DNA from: Lophium mytilinum
Taxonomy: Eukaryota
Direction: 5' to 3'
DNA: 64,000 nt
Assembly (NCBI GenBank): GCA_010093605.1
Contig: MU004197.1
Span: forward strand, 372,001 to 436,000
Every line of letters begins with the position of its first letter. Within the stretch, counting starts at the first letter, position 1. The position numbers and the translations under genes are program-made. Under the pieces are notes generated by a model that was given only the letters and a program-made list of their open reading frames with translations, did not search any database and was not told the DNA's origin. Of this stretch, positions 1-12,914 are shown piece by piece.

Positions 1-358
1 GCCATCGTTCTCTTTGGCATCATTCGACCTCAACGCCAACCTTACTCGTCCACACCGAAACATGCTGGCACTGAATGGATAAGGTGAGAACCCTCCCGAC
101 ATGTTGGGCGTAGACTTGCAGCTGGTTGCAGCGTTTCCCATATGGTCCCTGTGGCTTCGGCTGCAGTAGTGGCGGAGCTACGGCAATGATGCTGCAAGGG
201 TTTCGCGAGGGGTTCGATTCCTTGAGGGGCCGCTGCATTGACACTAGGGGGGGTCGGGTTAGAGGTTCTTCGGATCCACCACACCGCATCTCCTCAGCTT
301 AGGCACACAGCTGACGAAGTGGAAAACGGGCATGAGCATGCTTCTAGGAATCGGTCGT

Positions 359-1414
359 TCAGTCTTGCTTCGAACTCCTCGGTCTTCGTACGGTACCATG
401 ACTTCTTGTCCTCGTCCCCATGCCAACCGTACATACGCGATGTACGGTTCCGGCCCGGCCTGTCGACGTTCTTTTCCGTTTACACCGGTGTCTTGGGCGG
501 ATCGGAGGATTGGCTGAGCCTGATAATACCTTGCTGGCTTTTTTGTTTGGTTGACGACTGGCTTTTGCTATTCTGTTGGAGCGTTTGCGGCGTTGGTGGA
601 TGACTTGGCTTGAAGGATTTGGCAGCTGAATTGGAGGTTCTGCAATCATTCCGCCTGGCGTTCCCTGATTAGTGTTAGATACTCGTGGTTTCACAAGTTT
701 GCTTCAACTTGTTCTTACTTGTTCTTCTGATTTTAGCTGAGCTTCTTGAAGTATAAATTGACGAAGCAATTCTTCCGAGCATGGTGTGATGGTGACGTGA
801 CGCAAAATGAGATCTGGTTGTTCTTTGGCCAGAATGAATGCTGCAGCTCGCCTAAAACGCTTTACAAGCTCGTCCACTCGTTCGTTTCCTTCGACAGAAG
901 AATGGGCGGGAACCCATCGAAGCTCAACAGTAATTCCGACATCGTAAAGCATATTTGCGTATGTCAACAAGCTCTTCATCCAATCTGGGTTGGATAGAAA
1001 GCTGAAGATCGATCTTGATTGTATGCCTTGAAGTAATGACTGACAGTCAGTAAGTATCAGTAGACGGTCGAAATCGTTCATTAGTTCGCAGGCCTTGCGG
1101 AATGCTTCGTGAATGGCTATCATCTCTGCTTCAAGGGCAAATCTACTACCGTATGGAAGGGTGTTGAACGTGACGAGCTCCACCCAGTCCTTGGATGAAA
1201 AGTCCAGATACCTAACTGCGGCCGCAGTAAGTCTTTTCGCCCCTTTGACGCGAGGAGATCTTTCTACAGATCCATCGACCCATAGAACAAGGCAGCGCTT
1301 AATCAAACCTTGCTCATATATTTGATGACCATATTGAATTGCTGATGACCTATCCTGGATAACGATGTTGTCGGGAAACGGATATAAGGACTCTACGTTG
1401 CTTGGGGCGTCCAT
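359..1414 (-). CDS. RNase H type-1 domain protein with basic C-terminal tail; 2 exons (1414-719, 664-359)
   Basis: Motifs LWVDGS, EAEMIAI, ILTDCQ and WVPAHSSVEGNERVD match the RNase HI D-E-D-D pattern. A phase-0 intron 718-665 (GTAAGA..CTAAC..CAG) joins ORF 704-1414 in frame to ORF 359-694. Confidence 0.75.
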
Positions 1415-1932
1415 GACGTATACCGGAGCTTTCTAACGGGATGCAAATTTGCGTTATTCGGGGCAGTTTGATGAGAAAAGTAGAAACGAGCTTGGGTCTA
1501 CATCTAGGCTACTGGTGTGAGGAATTGTGCAATGTGTTAACATTTGGGCCGCTGAGTAGTGGCCCAAATTTGAGACAGCTGGCGTCCATGGGTCCAGATT
1601 TGGGCCAAGACTTGGCTTGCTTAATAACTGCTCAGTCTTGAACCCTTTGCATGCTCAGGTTAAAAGAATGAACTTTGGCGAGGTCAGTTCTTCCCTAAGA
1701 GTATTCTTACTTAATGTCGAGACTACCTTTGTAGGACTGGAATCGATAGATGACGGTTTAGCTGTCCAGCTGTCCTGACAGGGATTCTGCGAGCCGAGTC
1801 TTGGCACAAAGGCGGTGAGTGAATTTTTCCAGCAGGTGGGTCCGGTCTTCGATTTTCGCGAAAGAAAGTTCGGAGCTTCACTCTACATCCAGATACCCTT
1901 TCTTCGACCGTAAACTCGACCCTACCGCGATC

Positions 1933-4284
1933 ATGGGTGTCGGCAATCGCATGAAGAAGCAGGGTCCGCCAGGCCCGCTAGACGAATCGCTCGTTACGCG
2001 GAAACGAAAAGATGCGCCTGCTGCGCCAGTTGAAGAGAAGAAGAGACGGAGGAAGGGAGGCTTGAACGCAAATAAGACTGTGCTCGGGAATGGGACTGGG
2101 AACGCAAAGCTTGACAAAAAGACTAAGGTCGCAGTTGTCAAAGAGAATGGCAGGAAGAAGGTCAAGAAGGTCGTTGAGCCGGAACCTGTGCTCGAAGACG
2201 ACGATTCGCTCGGCGACGAGGACGATGGGATTGATGATCCGGATGTTATGGAGGATGTACTCGAAGGTGTGGCGGATGGGAAGATGGATATACTGGGAAG
2301 CGACTCCGACGATAGCGAGCCTGAGCTGGACGACGATGAGTTCCTGGACTCGGATCCGGACGTCGCGGCGGGCATGTGGTCTGACGAAGAGGACTCGGAT
2401 GTCGCTGAGGAGAGGCTCACAGCGGCAAATATCGTGGGCTTGTCCGAGAAGAAGGACTGGCAGAAGGCGATCGAAGAGGCGGAGGCTCAGGCCGAGCTGG
2501 CAGAGTCTGCAATGACTACGAACGTCGCAGGCGACCGACCGAAGATCCTTGGGGACGACGAGGAAGTTGGCGCCAAAGCACCACTAGAACCGCCAAGTCT
2601 GCAGCTGTTGAGAACGCGGATCACTGATACCATACGTGTGCTGGATGACTTCTCGAACCTTTCTGAGGAAGGGCGGTCGCGAACCGAGTACACGAATCAG
2701 CTCATCAAAGATATCTGCGCATACTACGGATACTCAGAGTTCTTAGCTACCAAGCTATTCAATCTCTTCCCGCCTCGCGAAGCTTTTGCGTTCTTCGAAG
2801 CCAACGAAACCCCTCGTCCCGTCGTCATTCGCACCAATACCCTCCGAACCCATCGTCGCGAACTCGCACAAACGCTCATAAACCGTGGTGTACAGCTTGA
2901 GCCTGTTGGAAAGTGGTCAAAAGTCGGACTGCAGATTTTCGAATCGCAAGTTCCGCTCGGTGCTACGCCAGAGTATCTCGCTGGCCACTACATCCTCCAA
3001 GCCGCGTCCTCTTTCCTCCCTGTTATGGCTCTCGCGCCTCAAGAAAACGAGCGCGTCCTAGATATGGCCGCTGCCCCCGGCGGAAAAACAACACATATCG
3101 CCGCGCTGATGAAGAACACTGGCTGCATCTTCGCCAACGATTCCAACAAATCGCGTGCGAAGGGTCTTATCGGAAACATCCACCGCTTAGGCTGCAGAAA
3201 CACGATTGTGTGCAACTACTCAGCTCTCGAGTTTCCCAAGGTCATGGGTGGCTTTGATCGCGTGCTCCTGGATGCGCCATGCTCGGGCACTGGAGTCATC
3301 GCCAAGGATGCAAGCGTGAAGACGAATAAGACAGAGCAGGATTTCCTACGTCTACCGCATCTCCAGAAGCAGCTTATACTTGCTGCTATTGATTCGGTGG
3401 ATCATGCAAGCAAGACTGGCGGGTACATTGTCTACTCTACGTGCTCGGTCACGGTCGAAGAGAATGAGCAGGTCGTGCAATACGCACTGAACAAACGCCC
3501 GAATGTCAAGCTTGTGGAGACGGGCCTTTCATTTGGAAAGGAGGGCTTCACGAGTATTCAGGGCAAGATTTTCCATCCTTCGATGAAGCTAACGCGGAGG
3601 TACTATCCGCACGCGTATAACGTGGATGGCTTCTTTGTGGCCAAGTTCAAGAAGACAGGACTTACACCCGCGGATGCGGTTGGTGCAAAGAGCGATGGCG
3701 GCAAAGAGAAGATCAACCCTACCGAGGAAGAGTTTATTGACAAAACTCCAGTGACCGAGGATGGCACGACGGAAGATGATTTTGGTGGCTGGGACGAGAG
3801 CGAAGACGAGAAGTTCATTGAGCGCGCGAGGAAATCGCAGCTGCGGCGGAAAGGGAAGGATCCTAAATCGTATGGGAGGCCGAAGGTAGAGAAGAACGGA
3901 GGCGCTGCTGAAGCCAATAGCGCTGGTCCTGCAGAGGTAGCTGAAGAAGTAGCTGACCTAGAGGTCTCGAAACCCAAGGTGAAGAAAACCAAGCGCGAAG
4001 ACCCGAAGGCTGCGACGAAGGCTGTTGAATCCGAATCGAAGCCTGCTAAGGCAAAAGCGGTAGATTCGGAGGTCGCAAAGAAGGCCAATGGATCAGAATC
4101 AAAGCCTGCGAAGACGAAAATCACGGAGTTTAAAACCACCGTGGAGGTCAAAGAGTCGAAGTCGAAGCCTGCGAGAACAGTGACTGAAATTACTAAGACG
4201 GTCACGACAGTCAACGGAAAAGAGTCAAAGCCGGAAAAGACGAAGGTCAAGAAGAGCAGGAAGCAAGGAGGGGTTCCTATCTAA
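1933..4284 (+). CDS. NOP2: 25S rRNA (cytosine-C5)-methyltransferase Nop2
   Basis: MGVGNRMKKQG start; RsmB/NOP2 motifs VLDMAAAPGGKT, DRVLLDAPCSGTG and VYSTCS; acidic N-terminal and Lys-rich C-terminal regions. Confidence 0.96.
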   Translation: MGVGNRMKKQGPPGPLDESLVTRKRKDAPAAPVEEKKRRRKGGLNANKTVLGNGTGNAKLDKKTKVAVVKENGRKKVKKVVEPEPVLEDDDSLGDEDDGIDDPDVMEDVLEGVADGKMDILGSDSDDSEPELDDDEFLDSDPDVAAGMWSDEEDSDVAEERLTAANIVGLSEKKDWQKAIEEAEAQAELAESAMTTNVAGDRPKILGDDEEVGAKAPLEPPSLQLLRTRITDTIRVLDDFSNLSEEGRSRTEYTNQLIKDICAYYGYSEFLATKLFNLFPPREAFAFFEANETPRPVVIRTNTLRTHRRELAQTLINRGVQLEPVGKWSKVGLQIFESQVPLGATPEYLAGHYILQAASSFLPVMALAPQENERVLDMAAAPGGKTTHIAALMKNTGCIFANDSNKSRAKGLIGNIHRLGCRNTIVCNYSALEFPKVMGGFDRVLLDAPCSGTGVIAKDASVKTNKTEQDFLRLPHLQKQLILAAIDSVDHASKTGGYIVYSTCSVTVEENEQVVQYALNKRPNVKLVETGLSFGKEGFTSIQGKIFHPSMKLTRRYYPHAYNVDGFFVAKFKKTGLTPADAVGAKSDGGKEKINPTEEEFIDKTPVTEDGTTEDDFGGWDESEDEKFIERARKSQLRRKGKDPKSYGRPKVEKNGGAAEANSAGPAEVAEEVADLEVSKPKVKKTKREDPKAATKAVESESKPAKAKAVDSEVAKKANGSESKPAKTKITEFKTTVEVKESKSKPARTVTEITKTVTTVNGKESKPEKTKVKKSRKQGGVPI

Positions 4285-5522
4285 TCATGGGTATTTGCAA
4301 TTCGGGTGGTTACGATAATCAACGAATGAATACCTTGTACATTCATAAAAGGCGTCCGTCCATAGCAAACGATTGGCGCTTCCCGCCATCAAATCCTCTT
4401 TCAACTTACATTTCATCATACGATTTCCATACAGTGAGCAGTGCCACGGCGTCCGAACAAGGACCACGCTAGAGACTACCGGACCACATTGACCACGCCA
4501 GCGGAGTAGGCACCGAGGAAACGCCTAGACCCTGCATCCAAGATCACTCTACACTTGTGATATGCTAATAGCTTCTTCAGCCTTTTGTTGCCGTATTCGA
4601 GCTGCCCGGGTCACGATGACACAACGTCTACCAGCAGATCCAGACAGCTCTCTCATGCGGTGCGAGTCGCAATCCTGAATCCTGACCGTCATTTCAACCA
4701 TGATTCGACAGGAGAACGCATTGGCGATGCATGCAAAGCGATCCTAATGCACATGAGCACCAGGTGGTTTGTTGCTTGAAGTTTGACGATCATCGCCCTT
4801 TTAGAGCCCCGTCAAACCTCCCGCGAAACCTCCCGCTTCGCCAGCAAGCTTGCATCGCGGGATTATCGATCTCAAGCGGCATTTTCATTTCAACAATCTC
4901 ATATCTTGATCTCCTTCCCATTTCCTCTCAGATTTGCATCTCAACAACCCCCGTGCGCTCCTTATCCTCTCATCTTCCGCCATGACATCACTATTTGCAA
5001 CCCGAACAAGAAACACGACGCGAAGCGGCTTTGCGCCCAGCCCCGCCAACCCTGAACTGTCTCTCTTTGACTGAAGCGCCTCAGCGCCTCCTTTTAATTT
5101 CATTGGATGTATTCTCCGATCCTGACGGTGGATTGCTGCGAGAATCTGGGGATGCGCTCGGCAGTAAGCTTGGCGGCGCGGCATCCCCGCATCACCTGCG
5201 CGAATGAGAAGGCACTGCGTCATGAGGCGTGACATCGGACAAGAAACACAGTGCGGATTGGGTACGTGCAGAAGCTGAGGGCAGGCGGTGGGCTTGGGGG
5301 ATGGCGGTGATGGTGATGGGATGGCTTGGTGATGTGCGGGGGAAGTGTCTTGGGCGTTTTTAAAGAGAAGGGATTCCCGGGAATTGTTTCGGTTACAAAG
5401 ATCTGCAAGAGAGTTCTAAAGACCTTTGGATAAGCAAAATACCAAGACCAAGCGATCGTAGTAGCATTGAAGCAATTGCGTTTCACGATATCTGGATTCT
5501 GTGGTGAGGCTCAAACGACAAG

Positions 5523-7570
5523 ATGCCTGGGAAGTTCTCTTTGAAGAAACCTGAGGGTGAAGCGGGGAAAACATGGTGAGTATCAAGATTCTGGGGATTG
5601 ATTGTGTGCTGATTGAATTCAGGCCGGCGATTTGTATCGGTCTTTTCGTTGCCTTTGGTGGTGTGCTTTTCGGGTACGGTTTCTCACCACTCTTCTACCT
5701 ATCAACCTCCCTAAAATATCGATTGACATAGTATACTAATAAAGTCCATAGATATGACACCGGTACTATTTCCGGTATCATTGCCATGCCTTACTGGCTT
5801 CAGGAATTTACGTCCGACGGCGTCCTTAAGGCATCGGACAACTCTCTCATAGTGTCTATCCTTTCAGCTGGTACATTCTTCGGCGCGCTAGCGTCTGCGC
5901 CTCTGGCAGATACAGTGGGCCGACGGTTAGGTTTGATGTTAGCCACAGGTATAGTATTCAACCTGGGCGTCATCTTGCAGGTCGCGGCAACAGGACAGTC
6001 ACTGTTCATTGCGGGCCGCTTCTTTGCTGGTTTGGGTGTGGGTTTGGTGAGCGCGCAGAGTACGTTGGCCATCTCTCCCCTCTTCCTATCAAAGAATTAC
6101 ACAATGCTAGGACGGCGGAGAAGATAACTAACACCGACTAGTTCCAATGTACCAGTCCGAAACCTCCCCGAAATGGATCCGTGGTACCATTGTGGGCGCA
6201 TACCAGCTTGCTATCACGATTGGCTTGCTCCTGGCTGCCATTGTCAACAACTCGACACAAAACCGAAATGACACTGGCTCTTACCGCATCCCAATTGCTG
6301 TTCAGTTTCTGTGGTCGTTGATTCTGGTTATTGGGTGAGTCTGCTGCATACATCACGACTGTTCAATCTAGCAATATGCTAACATCATTCAGACTCTTCT
6401 TCCTTCCAGAAACCCCTCGCTACCTCATCAAGAGAGACAGGTTCGATAAGGTAAACTTCCTCGCTTCTGCTCTAGGAAAGACACTGACATCTAGAAGGCC
6501 GCAATCGCCTTAGGCAAACTCCGCCGTCTCCCACCCGACCACCCAGCTGTGCAGGAAGAGCTCCACGAAGTCGAAGCCAACCACCGCTACGAAATGAGCA
6601 TTGGAAAAGCCTCCTACATCGAATGCTTCAAAGGCACAGTCGGCAAGAGGACACTCACCGGGTGCGGCCTTCAAGCCCTGCAACAGCTCACCGGCGTAAA
6701 CTTCATCTGTACGTACCCACCATTTATCCCCACCAAGTCCAAATACAAACGCTAACGAGAATACGCCAGTCTACTACGGCACCCAATACTTCAAAAACGC
6801 CGGCTTCCAAAACCCCTTCATCATCCAAGTCATCACCAACACCATCAACGTCGTCTCGACCTTCCCGGGCCTCTACGCCGTCGAAAAGCTCGGCCGCCGC
6901 AACCTCCTCCTCATCGGCGCCATCGGCATGTGCGTCTGCCAGTACATCGTCGCCATCACCGGCACCGTCGCGGGGACCACGGAGATCGCGGCGCAGAGGG
7001 CCGCGATCGCGTTCGTGTGCATCTACATCTTCTTCTTCGCGAGCACGTGGGGGCCGGTTGCGTGGGTGGTTACCGGGGAGTTGTATCCGTTGAAGGTGCG
7101 CGCGAAGTGCTTGAGTATGACGACGGCGAGTAATTGGTTGTTGAATTGGGTAAGCCTACCATCCTTTCCCTCGCACCCCTCCCTTCCTCGCCTCCCACTA
7201 GCGCTCGCTCGAATATTGGCTGACACATCTGAAGGCCATCGCCTACTCCACCCCCTACATGGTCGATGCGAAATACGCTAACCTGCAATCCAAAGTCTTC
7301 TTCGTGTGGGGCAGCTTCTGCCTCGTGTGCATCGCCTTTGTGTGGCTGATGATCTACGAGACCAAAGGTCTCACGCTCGAGCAGGTTGACGAGTTGTACG
7401 GCTTGGTGGGCAAGGCATGGCAGAGTAAGAAGTTCCGACCGAGTGTGAGGTTTGGGGATGTGGATGAGAATATGAGGCGGATGAGCTTGAAGGAGATTAT
7501 GGTGGAGAAGGAGAGGAGGGCGAGTCATGTGGAGGGGGCGGATGGCGGTTTCGGGGGAGAGAAGGTGTAG
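5523..7570 (+). CDS. MFS sugar porter (RCO3/SNF3-like high-affinity glucose transporter), multi-exon
   Basis: Spliced pieces give FVAFGGVLFGYDTG, GRRLG, PMYQSETSPKWIRG, PETPR, QQLTGVNFI, WGPVAWVVTGE and YETKGLTLE. First intron is 5576-5622; several more GT..AG introns follow. Confidence 0.93.
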
Positions 7571-9360
7571 GGGGACAATGAATATGAAATGGGTAGGTGG
7601 AGCAGAAGAATGAGAAGAGCGATGATGGATGAAGAGTGGACGGATGGGAGTTCTGATACCAGACGCTCGCTATTATATACGCAGGCTGCAACCTGATAAT
7701 GATACCTTTTGAATTTAATCCTGTTCATTTCCTCAAGCTCCCTTTCTGTGTCTTTTCTCTGGCATCCCTTCGCTAGTCTTTTCCCGTGCGCACCCTCAAA
7801 CCTCCCTAGTCCACCAAGTGCCCGCCTCCTTCAGCACGTGAGCAACAAACCCTTCACGTGCCGCTGACTCATCCCCCAAATATCCTTCGCTGGGCGAGTA
7901 TATAAACTGCCCTCTACCCCAATTTTCAAAAACCATGGCCGACTCCGCAGACCGTTCAAAAGCGCATGAAGAAGATCCTTATGGGCACTGGTCTGCGGAG
8001 TCAAAACATCTGTACCGCGTTTCGATGGCTGTGAGAGTGGGTGGAGGATCGAAAATTAAAGGTTCCGACATGCTATGGAGTCGGTGTGGGCGGGTTGGAG
8101 GAACAAAACACACGCCTGCAAAGTTTGATGGAGTGGTGGAGTTGGGGTGGTGGTTCAAAAAGGAGTATGTGACTGCCTCGATGGTGGGGGGGTTAGGAAA
8201 GTTGGACTCGTCGACTGCGATGGAGTTTCTGAGGGCTGGGTGGAGGATCAAACATAATTTGAAGATGTCCCTGATGGAGTAGTGGGGTTGGGGTCGTGGA
8301 TGAAAAGTACCTCGACCGAGATGTTATGGTGGGGGAGTTGGTGGTCGGGGATCAAAAAGTCAGCCTGGAAGATTTAGGGAAGGGGCGCGGTCGGTGCTGG
8401 GAAAGAAGGCAAGGGGGAGACGGTGATGATGGAGAGCTTTGCCGCCCGCTGAGAACTGTGAGGAGTTTCGCAAGGTGGAAATGAGCATATGATGTTCAAA
8501 ATGATTCTTCTAGTATTAGACTTGACTGATAAAGCGAGCTGGAAAAAAAGAAAGGTGTTCAGCATCACCGCTGTACCGTGTGGGCGCCGCCTCCACCAGG
8601 TGCCAACCAACCAACGCCCATGATGAGCCAGGCGATCAATTTGCGAACCACCCAAGCCATGAGTTCATGACAATCGGGGTATTGAACTACCCTTGCCCCA
8701 GACACCCACCACACTGCAGACTCTAATATCTATTGGAGATGAGGTTTTATACCCCAAGAAGATAGATTTCGAGGTAGAATCAGTCATCTCGCACGTCACC
8801 TACTTCAGGGAAAGAGGTCATGTGCGTCGATCAAGCGTGGAGAGAATGCCAGTTCACCCGCCCCAAATCTGCCTTATGCATCTCCAGTCTTTCGTAGTCG
8901 TAAATACACGGATTACAGAGTCAAAGCAATCCTTCTAAAAGTCATTCACGCCATGGTCACGTTGTTCGCGGAGGGCCAAGACCAAGATGATTCCGACATA
9001 CGGTAGCGGCGTGAGCATGACTTTGCATCTTCCACCAAGAGCTTTGTCCTCCCAGGCGTTGGCCAGATGACTACCAAGACTCGATGTAGTACCCGCGACG
9101 CCATTTCCAGGGATAGCGGGAAAGTGATCAATCGGATGTGTGATGGTACAAGGCGTGATAGGTAGTTATGGCTTGCCTGAAACCAAAAGCGAGTCCTCAT
9201 TTCTCCTTGGCCCATGTCCGGCTTCGGCTTGGCGTGTTTGCGTATCTCCTAGCAGGTTCGCAGCATGGTCATGGTCGCAGAGTCGAGGCATGAAGAATGA
9301 CACTACGCTGAAAGGATGCCATCATATTCGTAAAGACGCTGGGTGCGCTCTTTAAAAAAG

Positions 9361-12134
9361 CTAGGTCCGGCCATTCCCACAAGGACCTGGATCCATCTCC
9401 ATTCCCTTGGCAGACTCAATCCAACTATACCAGTTCACCTCCCCATCCAAGTCCATATTCACATCGACGGGGTCAAACTCCAAGTTAGGAAACATATCAA
9501 CCGAAGGGTCAGCATCAGCCCACAGCCAAGCCCCGAGAGTAGGTCCCATGGTACGGCCATCTGAAGAGTCTGCCGGAACAGTAGAAAAGGTATTGTATGG
9601 TAGTCCAGGCTGTTCGAAGGCTAAGTCGATGGGAGCTTCTGTCGCAAGCTCGTGCTGTTGATTTCTGATGTTGGTACCCTCTGAAGGTCGGCCGGCCGGC
9701 TGTCCCCTCGTACCCAGATAGTTCGGCTCAGAGGTCATCTTTGAGCTTATATCACCTGGGCTATACGCAAAGGTAGACGTCGCCGTTGGCTGCGTTGTGT
9801 AGACTGTGGGCATTGATGAGTCGGTAGGTTCTTGAACGGCCACGAGTTTGCGCCAACGCTCGCGGAAGATGTCGGCGCTGGACCCGGTGGGGAACGGCCC
9901 AGAGCTTGACGGCAATGGGAAGTTTCGGTCCTCCATTTCCAACCTAGCGGCGGCCTCTGGATCGGCTCGCAGCCGGCTGAGCTCTGCTTCGCGATGCTTG
10001 CAGGCTTTAGCCATCAATTTTCGTAGTGAGAACCACACGCGGAGATTCTTCCCCATAGAGGTTTGGGTTGGAATCAGCCAGCTGCTGTGCAGTGCGACCC
10101 ATGCCCTCTCGACGATAGGTGACCAAGGGCGTCGGGAAGTATCGAGCAGGACGTACACAATGGCATGCCAGTGAGTATACGTTTGGTACACCCAGCGCCA
10201 TGGCCGAGATGCTGGTTCGGCGTTGAGCGTGTGGTTGTACTCTGCAACTTCGATTGCCGAGACCAGCAATTTGGTTCTTATCTCGTCCGAGAAGTGTTCG
10301 CTTGGGGAAGAGAAGAGTATAGGAAGAAAAACGATCAGCGTCATCTTGGCCATGACGAGCCGCGCGATGTTTGACCCGACCCAATAGCCAAGATCCCTAG
10401 CCTCTGTCGTGTGCTGAAAGTAACCTTCTTCGTATGTCTTGTATATCTCGTTTATGATGCGGTTTTGTTCTTCCGGGCTTACGGTACCATTCTTTGCGTT
10501 TGGGTTCAACAGCTGCCACATGATATCCCAAATCCCAAATTGAATGCGCGCGAAAGACATTTCAGTTACGCCTTCGCGCTCTGTGGGCATCTGTTTTGTC
10601 TCAGGATTGATGTCTGCAGCGTTGAGGTTCAGAGGTATTTTGGTGTCGAAGCTGCCGTTCGTTATGGTTAGTTCTGTCCCTTGGTCCTCTGATGATCTCA
10701 TATCCAGCATGCACAAGTTCCACCAGACCTTTCTTCGCGTCTCAATTTCAAAAGGAGTCAGATGTTCGAAATGGGACCCATCTCTCTGCAGGCCAAGGTA
10801 CTGACCCATTCTGATGACAAGGCCGGTCATCATCCACACGTATCTCGGGCTGTCATGCCGGCGAACGAGGAGGAGAAAGATTGCAAACGCCTGCACTAGA
10901 ACTATGTCGGGGGCATTGAGGAAATCGGCCTTTGCGAGGGCATGCTCGAGACCGAGACGATATCTGAGATTGAGGTCGGTTTTCGAGGAGCCAAAATTGG
11001 TCATGACCTGGGCACGATACGGATTAATACAGTCATTGGGCATGTCTATTGCACCATGCCATTACAAGCAAAGAGAACTCACATCATCTTCCTCCATAGA
11101 GGTGATGGCAGCGTAGTAAATTGAAAACATCAGGGCTTCATTAGATGGCGTGAGGCGCATTGTGTCACTGCCGCGCAAATCACGAACCATCTTGGTAACG
11201 GTCGGCATATGGACAATCTGCATGATGAAGTTCACGTTTTCAGAAAAGACGTCTAAGAGAAACGGAATTTGAGAGGGTAGTGGGTGGAACTCGCGGAGCC
11301 CGTGAGCCGAAGGACTCAAATTGTGTCGAAACAGGAAGGCATGGCGTTCTGAAGGCGTCCGCTCGAGTTCCTGGGTGGGCGGCGATTTGCTGGAAGATGC
11401 CTCATCCTCTGAGCTGTCGAAGTCATCTCCATCGAGGCCGCGGGTGTCCGCCTTTAGTCCTTCGAGCTACGGCAAACTTCAGCGAAACCATCCAGTCAAG
11501 ATACCGGCGTGGCTCCAAGAGGCCGACTTACCTCGTCGTTGACCCGAGTCCAGAAGCCGCTGCTCACATAGCGGCTATGGCTATCACCCTGTAGAACAAG
11601 TCTCCCAAATGGCACTTCAACACTGCTGGTACTCAAGGTAGGTGATGTGTGCCTCTGTTGCTCTGCACCACGGTGTTGGGTAGACGTGGAAAGAGAGTTG
11701 AGACTAGATTCACCACCACCTTGCGAACTAGTGGCTGCCTGTCCCTGTTCCAGCTGACCGGTTAGCTCCTTGACAAGGCCTTCAAGGCTCCGCAGCCTAT
11801 CCATGACCTTTGCAACGCCCGGGTCGTTGTCTTGCAGCGCCGGAGTGTTTGATGTCGCGGCATTGGCAGTTAGGCGCTCGAGACGACGAGCCCATTTCGG
11901 CGGGCGATCTTTCGAAGGAAGAACACATGGAATGTTTGCGCGGCGGCAATTAGAGCACGGTGACTGCTTATCACAGCGAACCTTGCGACGGCGGCATACG
12001 ACACAGCTCTGCGCCTTTGGTGCTGGCGCACTTGTTGATGATGGAGTACTAGCGGATGCGGGCGAGGTCGCGTTTTTTTCGGAGCCCGAGGCCGAGGCGG
12101 CCATCGATGCTGTCCCTGTCGGCACCTGCGACAT
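9361..12134 (-). CDS. Zn(II)2Cys6 transcription factor with fungal-specific TF domain; exons ~12134-11532, 11466-11083, 11007-9361
   Basis: CVVCRRRKVRCDKQSPCSNCRRANIPC zinc cluster; LGLQRDG..FEIETRRKVWW middle homology region; canonical splice sites. Confidence 0.93.
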
Positions 12135-12914
12135 ACTGCGCTCGGGGAAAATGGTCGAATAATAATGGCGGGTCCGATGACAGTGTCCTCGCTCTTGATG
12201 ACTGCTCTGTGTTGTGAGCGAGCCGACGCTGACGGTGGCAGGGTGCGCGGTCGTTGTCGTCTCTTCTCGCTGCCTCCCGCGCGAGCCTAACTAGAATAAG
12301 CGACTTTACCGTTCAGTAAACCCTGGGAAGTACATTCACATTGGTATAGTGACAGTGACTCAAGGTGATTCTAGTACAGGCTTTAGTAATGTTATCAAAT
12401 AATAAACTACGTTCAACAACATCCATCTAATTGGAGTGATCTTGGTCTGGTAAGGATGGTTCGTGGTACTACTAAAACTCCTTAGCATACGCCTTATATA
12501 CTGCCTAATGTTTGATACCGGACTAAACCCTTAACCAACAAGTGAGAAGCGCATTACTATAACGAGCGTCTCTTGCGAATGACCAAAGCCTGGGGGCTGC
12601 ATTACTTCAGCCCTGCACAGCAGCTTGTCAGCCCTAGCCGGGGTGGGCTCGTCCCGAATAGTGCGCGAGGGGACAGCGAGAGCGAGATAAGAGGCGGGCG
12701 AATGAGACAGGGCGAATGAGACAGGAGACGGGCTAACCTGTTCCTTGTCGACTACAGTATATGAAGAATGAACTTAGTCCTTATTCATAGCTCAACAAGC
12801 CTCATTCAGTTTTACACAACAAGTCCTCGTTGCTTTTAGATATATCTCCACACTCCGCTTCCATTAAGCAAAGACCAGCCTACTTCGCGCATTCCCAAAC
12901 TTCCAGAAACTACG

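Noticed and set aside
1819..1932. Upstream GTG start for NOP2 in the ORF track
   Set aside because: A eukaryotic gene; the ATG at 1933 gives the conserved MGVG.RMKKQG N-terminus.
7935..8484. Small gene or pseudogene after a TATA-like box at ~7900
   Set aside because: Good start context, but only 115 aa with a frame-shifted continuation and no recognisable family.
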